This document shows positions 9,155 to 16,154 of a DNA stretch of 43,181 bases, piece by piece. How positions within the stretch are numbered: position 1 is the first letter of the stretch; each line of letters opens with the position of its first letter. This DNA is from Betaproteobacteria bacterium RIFCSPLOWO2_02_FULL_63_19. GTDB taxonomy: Bacteria > Pseudomonadota > Gammaproteobacteria > Burkholderiales > SG8-39. The stretch spans positions 31,453 through 74,633 of the forward strand of contig MEQX01000015.1 of assembly GCA_001770415.1 (NCBI GenBank). Direction: 5' to 3'. The translations under genes were made by a program, and so were the position numbers. The notes under the pieces were generated by a model. That model saw only the letters and a program-made list of their open reading frames with translations. It was not told the origin of the DNA and ran no database searches.

Positions 9155-10594
9155 TTAGCGCACCGTGAATCTCAGAGGATTCGGACTATAGACGAGCTGA
9201 CCGCTGGTCAATCGATACCCGCAGAAAACCGAATAATCGGCAGGAGGGAGTTGAGTCTGCGCAACCAGATTCGTATTGACAGTGGCTTGAAGGCCCACGC
9301 TTCCATAACCGCGAAGATCCGCTAGCTGTCCGCTCCAAGGCTGCCATCCGTTGCTGGTCAGCATGAACCACAATTCTCCCGGCTCGATCAACGCCACCGC
9401 AAGCAGATCGGCCAACCGATCTCTGTCGGTCGCACCGACAGAGATCGTCACGCCGAGGGAAATCTTGGTTTCCTTGGGGATTTCGCTCCCGGACACCGTA
9501 GGAAGCTGGTTACCTGTCAACCCGAATGCGACCGTCGTCGCGGTAGCGCCAGGCGTGCCATCCGCGTTAATCACGGACCCAGCCTGGACTTCACCCAAAA
9601 GCGCGCTGCAATTTGATGTTGATCCGCCGTTGGAACCCGCGCACGACCATGTCCACGGACCGGAACCGGAAACGGAACTGGCGGAGCCTGAACTGCACAG
9701 TTCAACGCTCGGCGCAGAGGAAACGGCGCTACCGTCACTGGAGCCGCAGACACCGTTTACGGGGACGGATGCCAAGCTAGCGGAGCAGAACGCGTTCGAA
9801 CCGCCGTCGGACCCCGCGCACGACCACGCCCATGGACCGGATCCGGAAACGGAGCTGGCGGACCCTGAACTGCACAGTCCCGCGCTCGGCGCGGAGGATA
9901 CGGTGCCGCCGTCACTGGAGCCGCAGGCACCGTTAACGGGAACGGGTGCCAGGTTCGCGGAGCAGGACGCGGTGGAACCGCCGTTGGAGCCCGAGCACGA
10001 CCACGTCCATGGACCGGAACCGGAAACCGAACTGGCGGATCCCGAACTGCACAGTCCCGCGCTCGGCGCGGAGGATGCGTTGGCACCATCGCTGGAGCCG
10101 CAGGCACCGTTAACGGGAACGGGTGCCAGGCTCGCGGAGCAGGACGCGGTCGAACCGCCGTTGGAGCCCGAGCACGACCACGTCCACGGACCGGAACCGG
10201 AAACGGAACTGGCGACACCCGAACTGCATAGTCCGGTGCTCGGTGCGGAGGATACGTTGGCGCCGTTGCTGGGGCCGCAGGCACCATTGACCTGGGCAGA
10301 CGAATTCGCAGAGCAGTTCGTTGATGTCCCTCCATTTTGACCCGCGCAGGTCCAAGTCCATGGACCGCTGCCGAGGACGGAACCCACAAGCAATACGTCC
10401 CCAGGTAAGCACAGGTCGGAGTTCGGCACAGTGGAAAAAGTACCACCGTTGCTGGTGCCGCATTGCCCTGGACAATCGCTACTAGTGCTACAAGCGGTAC
10501 CCCAGTCCCAAGCAAACGCAACTTCAATACAGGCAAACGAAACGACCAGCACGTAAAGCGCCCTGCACAAGCACTTGGTTCGAGACATCATCAA
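9155..10594 (-). CDS. Secreted cysteine-rich tandem-repeat protein (4-5 copies of a 59-aa, 4-Cys repeat) with a C-terminal domain shared with the neighbouring RCC1 protein
   Basis: 479 aa. Signal peptide CRALYVLVVSFACIEVAFA. Repeat unit is about VPVNGACGSSDGANASSAPSAGLCSSGSASSVSGSGPWTWSCSGSNGGSTASCSASLAP. The start may be a TTG at 10592-10594 or the ATGs 3 or 6 nt inside. Confidence 0.7.
   Translation of the reverse strand: MMMSRTKCLCRALYVLVVSFACIEVAFAWDWGTACSTSSDCPGQCGTSNGGTFSTVPNSDLCLPGDVLLVGSVLGSGPWTWTCAGQNGGTSTNCSANSSAQVNGACGPSNGANVSSAPSTGLCSSGVASSVSGSGPWTWSCSGSNGGSTASCSASLAPVPVNGACGSSDGANASSAPSAGLCSSGSASSVSGSGPWTWSCSGSNGGSTASCSANLAPVPVNGACGSSDGGTVSSAPSAGLCSSGSASSVSGSGPWAWSCAGSDGGSNAFCSASLASVPVNGVCGSSDGSAVSSAPSVELCSSGSASSVSGSGPWTWSCAGSNGGSTSNCSALLGEVQAGSVINADGTPGATATTVAFGLTGNQLPTVSGSEIPKETKISLGVTISVGATDRDRLADLLAVALIEPGELWFMLTSNGWQPWSGQLADLRGYGSVGLQATVNTNLVAQTQLPPADYSVFCGYRLTSGQLVYSPNPLRFTVR
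9590..10297. repeat. Four near-identical 177-bp coding tandem repeats (plus one degenerate copy extending to about 10465)
   Basis: The 59-aa periodicity shows in the minus-strand protein. It is mirrored in the plus-strand shadow ORF 9351..10340 (EPPLEPEHDHVHGPEPETELADPELHSPALGAED... repeated). Boundaries were computed from residue positions. Confidence 0.7.
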
Positions 10595-10677
10595 GGCATG
10601 CCTATGGCGAAATTAGGACTTCTGGACCGGATCAGGCTAGCATAAACTGAATAAAATCTGAACCACGAGGTGGTCGA

Positions 10678-13326
10678 ATGAATTGGAGGTCCCTCCGGGT
10701 ACAGGCACGTATTGCGTTCGGTCTCGGCGCGCTTTGTCTTGGGGGCATTACATTCGCCGCGCCACCTCGACTGGCCGCCGGCGATACATTTTCGATGGCG
10801 CTGAGCACCAACGGCGAGGTATACGCGTGGGGCAGCAACATCTTTTCGCAACTGGGCGACGGCACGGGCGCGTTTAACCCCAACCCCTCCATAGCGGCCG
10901 TCGTGCCGGGCGTGAGCCGAATCGCCGGCGGAAACCAATGCAGCTACGCTTTGATGGAAAACGGGACGCTCTGGGCCTGGGGTGACAACACCAACGGACA
11001 ACTCGGTGACGGCACCACGCGGTCACACATCAACCCTGTTCGCGTTACGGGTATTCAAGAGCCCATCCTTGGTGTTGCCTCTGGCGCACGTCATGCACTT
11101 GCCGTCGATCGGAACGGCCAAGTCTGGGCTTGGGGTTCCGGCGACTACGGTCAACTGGGTCGCGAGACGACGCGCATCGAATCCACGCCATTGCCGGTGA
11201 ACGGCGTGCCACAGGCGACTGCGGTATCCGCGGGCGTCTATCACTCGCTGGCGCTTGCTGTCGATGGCACGGTGTGGGCTTGGGGGTACAACGCCGACGG
11301 AGAGCTCGGCAATGGCGGCACTACCAATAGTGCATTGCCAACCAAGGTGGCGGGCTTATCAAACATCGTTTCGATCGTGGCGGGCGCATACCATAATTTG
11401 GCGCTGGATCGAGATGGCACGGTCTGGGCTTGGGGGTTTGGAGGATCCGGCCGCCTTGGCGACGGTAGCAGCCAGACCAGGACGACGCCGGTCATGGTGC
11501 AGGGGTTGCCGATCGTCGCAAGTATTGCCGCGGCCAACATGAGTGCAGCGATCGATCGCGATGGCGCGGTATGGTTTTGGGGAACCAATCTATACGGCCA
11601 GTTCGGCGAGGCTGGAGTCGAAACCTCATTGCTGCCTCGAAAGAACGCAGGCTTGAGCGCCCTTCGAATCGCCGAGCTGGGATTCGGCTGGTATCACGCG
11701 ATCGCGCGTACGGCAGATGGAAAAGTGCTTACGTGGGGTGGCAATGAGCTTGGACAAATCGGCGATGGAACAATTGCAACGAGCACCGTGCCACTTGAGA
11801 TTTCGCAAATTGACCATGCCATACAGGTGAGCGCAAGCGGACAGCATACCTTTGTTGTCGATGCCGACGCGAACGTGTGGGCGTGGGGGGCCAACGGCAG
11901 CGGCCAACTCGGCGATGCGACGGTAGCACTGAGTAATCTTCCCAAGGCAGTACTTGGGCTCTCGGGAATCGCGGACATCGCGGCGGGTGGCTATCATGCC
12001 CTTGCGCTCGACGTTGGAGGGCATCTTTGGTCGTGGGGTGACAACACCAATGGACAGCTCGGGGATGGCACTACAGGTATGCACGCAATACCCCAGCAAC
12101 TCGCCGAGCCGGCGAACGCCGTGGCGATAGCGGCCGGTCGCGAATTCTCCATCGCGATGGATTCGAACGGCGAAGTCTGGTCCTGGGGGCGCTACCTGAA
12201 TGGACAATTGGGTCGAATAGGAAACAGTCTCGTACCGGCGAAGATATCGGGACTCCCCAAGGTGAAGGCGATAAGCGCGGGGGCCGAGCACGCGTTGGCA
12301 GTCGACGTCGATGGCGGCGTTTGGGCATGGGGGCGTAACGCGGACGGCAACCTCGGCGACGGCGAAACCAAGGACAGGAGTGTTCCGGTACGTGTTACGG
12401 GCGTGCCTCCGCATATCTTGGTTGCCGCGGGGCAGTATCACAGCCTTGGGCTTGCCGCCGACGGCACGGTTTGGGCGTGGGGCAGAAACAGTGATGGTCA
12501 ACTCGGAGACCAGACAACTGACGAAAGGCGCGTGCCGACAATGGTGCCTGGACTGGCAGAGATCGTCGGGATTGCAGCTGCCGGGAGCCACAGCCTGGCA
12601 TGGTCGTCAGACGGAACATTGTGGGCCTGGGGGAGCAACGAAGACGGCCAACTTGGCGCAGGCAGTAGTTCTCGTATTGTTACGTCGCCCGTCGGAATCG
12701 GCGACATTGGTCGAATTACGCATGCGGTTGCAGGATCCAGACATACACTTGCAACGCGCGAAGACGGATTGGTTTGGGCTTGGGGGCGCAATTTCGAGGG
12801 CCAACTGGGCGACGGGACCTTTGCAGCCTACAACCAGCCGGTTCTCGCGGTAAACCAGACTCTCACTGGCGTTCTCGACCTGAATTCCTTGGTCACCGAC
12901 AGCATCCCGACCGGGAAATACCCGCCGTTTCTTGCCAGGGCCACGCGGACCGGGGACTTAAGCGGATTGTCGCTCTCGGTGGAGGTCAAGGGCATCTCAA
13001 TAACAGGGATTTTCGCCTCCGAGATGGGCCGATTCGCGGCCACCTACAATGTCTATGTCGGAGCCAGCGTTTCCTCGGGCGGCACGCCAATCTATTTTCA
13101 ACTCGATGCAATCAACACTTGGAGCACTCTACGATTGCCGATGGCGGAATATCTGCGCGGGGTGACGCTGGACAGCCAAAACGATGTGGTCACGGCACAG
13201 CTTCTTCAGAACGTTGACCTTTCGGGGCTTCCCGGGGCCGAAATTCTAGTGGGGTACGGAACCGATTCAGACGAGATGCTGGGAAGCAAGCGCTACAGAG
13301 TCATTTTTACCGTGCCGGCGCAGTAG
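10678..13326 (+). CDS. Secreted RCC1-repeat (beta-propeller) protein with about 150-aa C-terminal non-RCC1 domain
   Basis: 882 aa. A GAGGTGG ribosome-binding site precedes the ATG. The signal peptide is RIAFGLGALCLGGITFAAP. At least 13 repeats follow the pattern GxxHSLALxxDGxVWAWGxNxxGQLGDGT. The C-terminal tail resembles the C-terminus of the 9155..10594 protein. Confidence 0.85.
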   Translation: MNWRSLRVQARIAFGLGALCLGGITFAAPPRLAAGDTFSMALSTNGEVYAWGSNIFSQLGDGTGAFNPNPSIAAVVPGVSRIAGGNQCSYALMENGTLWAWGDNTNGQLGDGTTRSHINPVRVTGIQEPILGVASGARHALAVDRNGQVWAWGSGDYGQLGRETTRIESTPLPVNGVPQATAVSAGVYHSLALAVDGTVWAWGYNADGELGNGGTTNSALPTKVAGLSNIVSIVAGAYHNLALDRDGTVWAWGFGGSGRLGDGSSQTRTTPVMVQGLPIVASIAAANMSAAIDRDGAVWFWGTNLYGQFGEAGVETSLLPRKNAGLSALRIAELGFGWYHAIARTADGKVLTWGGNELGQIGDGTIATSTVPLEISQIDHAIQVSASGQHTFVVDADANVWAWGANGSGQLGDATVALSNLPKAVLGLSGIADIAAGGYHALALDVGGHLWSWGDNTNGQLGDGTTGMHAIPQQLAEPANAVAIAAGREFSIAMDSNGEVWSWGRYLNGQLGRIGNSLVPAKISGLPKVKAISAGAEHALAVDVDGGVWAWGRNADGNLGDGETKDRSVPVRVTGVPPHILVAAGQYHSLGLAADGTVWAWGRNSDGQLGDQTTDERRVPTMVPGLAEIVGIAAAGSHSLAWSSDGTLWAWGSNEDGQLGAGSSSRIVTSPVGIGDIGRITHAVAGSRHTLATREDGLVWAWGRNFEGQLGDGTFAAYNQPVLAVNQTLTGVLDLNSLVTDSIPTGKYPPFLARATRTGDLSGLSLSVEVKGISITGIFASEMGRFAATYNVYVGASVSSGGTPIYFQLDAINTWSTLRLPMAEYLRGVTLDSQNDVVTAQLLQNVDLSGLPGAEILVGYGTDSDEMLGSKRYRVIFTVPAQ

Positions 13327-13589
13327 ACGCGAAGCTGCAAGAACCTTCAGCATGACAACAGCCATGTTCGAACGGCTATGAAGCAATGTGCTGCGAAGTG
13401 ACTGAGGTGAGCTTGGCCCGGGGCCTGCTACGTTGGAGCCGGGGGCTCACTGTATAGCGCGCCGCCGGATCGCTATTTGCTCAGTCTTGTTGTCATCGAA
13501 GTGGTTTCGCTCGCCTGGTTTCGTGTGGACCTGATCCTGTGGGCCCTTGCGAGACTTTTGCGCACTTACGTACGTATGGAAAAGATACT

Positions 13590-14498
13590 CTAATCAGTTC
13601 TTGCCGCACGAATGACTAGAACGGGATCCCCGGAGTAGCGTACGACGCGGTCCGTAACGCTCCCCAGCAGCCACCTGCCGATACCGGAACTGCCGTGCGT
13701 CGACATCGCCACCAGGTTGTCGGGCGTCGTGCGCGCCATTTCGATGATCTCGGCGGCGGCATCGCCATTGAGCAGAACATACGACACCTTGCTGACCCCG
13801 CCGGCTTGAAGCTGCTCGACTTTCTCTTCGAGATATTTCCTGCATTCGTCGATGCGCGCCGTGGCCACCTCCTGGAAGCTGGCCTCGTATTCCGACGCTG
13901 CATACGCCGAGATCGGCACGAACGGTGCTCGGATGACGACGACCTCCAAATTCAACTTCCGGGCCAACGCCGTGACGTGTGGCAAAACCAGTTCTGACAG
14001 TCCGGGGCCATCAAGCGGGACCAGTATCGTTGTTGGTATCGACTCGCCGGCAGCTGCCTTTTCGGAGTCTTTCGCTCGCACGAGGACCAGGGGACTGGTC
14101 GTCGCATGCAGGACTTTGTCCGCCACGCTGCCCAGAAGCCAGCGTTGTGCTCCGGAGCGGCCGTGCGTCGACATGAGCACAAGTGTATCGGGCTTCGCGC
14201 TTTCCACAATGACCTCGGCGGGGTCCCCTATTTGAGTCGAGCAATGGACCGCCGACGCGTCGGCAAAGGATTTGGCGATCTTTTTCAGATAATTGAGGCC
14301 CTCATCCTTCATATCGGAGGCAACCACATCCAGGTAGCGGCCATGCTCCGGCGCGAAGGAAGCTTCAGCGATGTGAAAATCGATCACCCTCAACAATTCG
14401 ACCGGGATCTTCAGCCCCGCGGCCATGAAACGGGCAAGGGGCAGGACTTTCTCGGACATCTGCGATGCATCCAGGGGCACGAGTATCTTGGAGTACAT
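13590..14498 (-). CDS. Tandem universal stress protein (two UspA domains)
   Basis: ORF 13590..14582. The likely start is the internal MYSKILVPLDAS codon at 14496-14498, typical of a Usp N-terminus. Two Usp domains each end in the ATP-binding motif G(S)(H/V)G(R/S)SG...LGSV. Confidence 0.85.
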   Translation of the reverse strand: MYSKILVPLDASQMSEKVLPLARFMAAGLKIPVELLRVIDFHIAEASFAPEHGRYLDVVASDMKDEGLNYLKKIAKSFADASAVHCSTQIGDPAEVIVESAKPDTLVLMSTHGRSGAQRWLLGSVADKVLHATTSPLVLVRAKDSEKAAAGESIPTTILVPLDGPGLSELVLPHVTALARKLNLEVVVIRAPFVPISAYAASEYEASFQEVATARIDECRKYLEEKVEQLQAGGVSKVSYVLLNGDAAAEIIEMARTTPDNLVAMSTHGSSGIGRWLLGSVTDRVVRYSGDPVLVIRAARTD

Positions 14499-14896
14499 AT
14501 TTCTCTCCGCCGGTTGTTTGGGTGGGCGTCTGCAGCAGGTGGGCAGCTGTCGATATTCAGTCACCGGTCCAGTTGGGCTCATCAGCCCCGCACTGCGTCG
14601 CGTAACCAGACTAAGCTCCCGGCTCGCCGCGCATTCTGAGATGGGTCAACAGTCGATCATTTGATCCGGCACGCGAACTCGCTTGCGCGAACGACCGCTA
14701 CGGCTTCGATACCGGCGCCCGGGCGATCGCAAGCGGTGCCGGTCGACTACCGGAATCCCGGTAATGAAGATTACCGGGTACCGGGAATTTTTTTGTTGCC
14801 GGAAATCGCATACATTCGACCGAAGGCTGCGGGAACCGGGCCAACTCCAATCGATCTCCACGGTCGGCTTTGCGGCAATTCGGAGGAGGGACGGTC

Positions 14897-15919
14897 ATGA
14901 AGATTGTTGCATTCGTGTTGGCGGGTGGAGAAGGCACGCGCCTTTATCCGTTGACGGTCATGCATGCAAAGCCAGCGCTGCATTTCGTCAACGGTTTCCG
15001 AATCATTGATTTCGTACTCAGCAATCTCTTTAATTCCGGAGTTTGCTCAATTTATGTGCTGGCGCAATACAAGCCTCAATCGCTGATCGATCACCTCGGC
15101 GGCGTGTGGATTCCACGCTTCAACGGAAAGGATCGATTCCTGACCGTGATATCACCGGACCCGGTCGGCGGGGAAGGGGCCTTCAAGGGCACCGCCGATG
15201 CCGTCTATCAGAATCTGCAGCTGGTCCGGCGGCACGAACCGGAGATGGTGGCCGTTTTCGCGGCTGATCATGTGTACCGAATGGATATAGGCCAAATGGC
15301 CGATTTTCACCGGGCGTGCGACGCCGATGTCAGCGTGGCGGCGTCTCCGGTCCCGATCGAGACGGCTTCGGCCTTCGGCATTTTGCGGACCGGCGAGGGC
15401 GGCTGCATACGCGAGTTCCAGGAAAAGCCGCTGCGGCCCGCCGCGATACCGGGAACCCCGACCCGTGCATATGCGTCGATGGGCAACTATCTGTTCCGCC
15501 CCGCTGTTCTGGCGCACCTGCTCGAGGAGGCGAACGCCAGCGGGGGAAGCGATTTCGGGCGTCACATCATGCCGCGCCTGCCCGGCCGGTATCGGATGTT
15601 CGCCTATGACTTCTCCGGCAATTCAGTGCCCGGTGTCGCGGCTCACGAAGAGCGCGGCTACTGGCGCGACGTGGGCACGATCGCGGCGCTCGACGCCGCG
15701 CGCAAAGATACCGAGGGCTCCCGGCCGCGGTTCGATATTTACAATCAGGTATGGCCGATTCTCGGCCACGAGCACGACGCTCGGCTCATCAACGATGCCG
15801 ACCGCGTATCGCGCAGGAAAGAACGGGTTGAACCGCGGGTTCATCGCGGAGCGCGGGTCTTCGAGACAACGGAGCACTTCTGCGTCGAACCCCATGAGGC
15901 GCCTTTCCGAAATATGTAG
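14897..15919 (+). CDS. GlgC-like sugar-phosphate nucleotidyltransferase lacking the C-terminal LbH domain
   Basis: ORF 14870..15919. A GGAGGAGGG ribosome-binding site precedes the ATG at 14897. The N-terminus KIVAFVLAGGEGTRLYPLT is the nucleotidyltransferase signature GGxGTRL. At 340 aa it is shorter than canonical ADP-glucose pyrophosphorylase. Confidence 0.7.
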   Translation: MKIVAFVLAGGEGTRLYPLTVMHAKPALHFVNGFRIIDFVLSNLFNSGVCSIYVLAQYKPQSLIDHLGGVWIPRFNGKDRFLTVISPDPVGGEGAFKGTADAVYQNLQLVRRHEPEMVAVFAADHVYRMDIGQMADFHRACDADVSVAASPVPIETASAFGILRTGEGGCIREFQEKPLRPAAIPGTPTRAYASMGNYLFRPAVLAHLLEEANASGGSDFGRHIMPRLPGRYRMFAYDFSGNSVPGVAAHEERGYWRDVGTIAALDAARKDTEGSRPRFDIYNQVWPILGHEHDARLINDADRVSRRKERVEPRVHRGARVFETTEHFCVEPHEAPFRNM

Positions 15920-16154
15920 GCGCTGAATTACTCCTTCATCGCGGGCCTCCTCCCCCTCCTCCTATGAGCCCGCGATTTGGCCCCGGCGAATGCTCGAAGA
16001 GGATTCGCCGGGTCTTTTCTTTCTGCTTCGCCGCCTGAATTGATCGCCGTCAAGGCCTGACAACTGCGGCCGGGTATGTTGGTGTGCGAAACCGCCAGGA
16101 GCTGGTCGGCACTTCGCGTCCGGCTCCGCCGCGACGGCGCCGGAAATCCGTTGC

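Noticed and set aside
9351-10340. 329-aa plus-strand ORF with striking EPPLEPEHDHVHGPEPETELADPELH... repeats.
   Set aside because: It is the reverse-complement shadow of the 177-bp repeats in the minus-strand Cys-rich protein gene. The minus-strand frame has a signal peptide, a ribosome-binding site context and a conserved Cys pattern, so the plus-strand ORF is an artefact of the repeat.
9590-10465. Regular direct repeats that could be mistaken for a CRISPR array.
   Set aside because: The period is 177 bp with no unique spacers, the repeats are in frame and code for a 59-aa protein module, and no cas genes are nearby.
14641-14665. Possible FNR/CRP box in the usp / glgC-like intergenic region (…TCGATCATTTGATCC…).
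   Set aside because: The inverted repeat is GATCA-TT-TGATC, not the TTGAT-N4-ATCAA spacing of FNR/CRP sites. It is mentioned only as a palindrome; a TF assignment would be unsupported.
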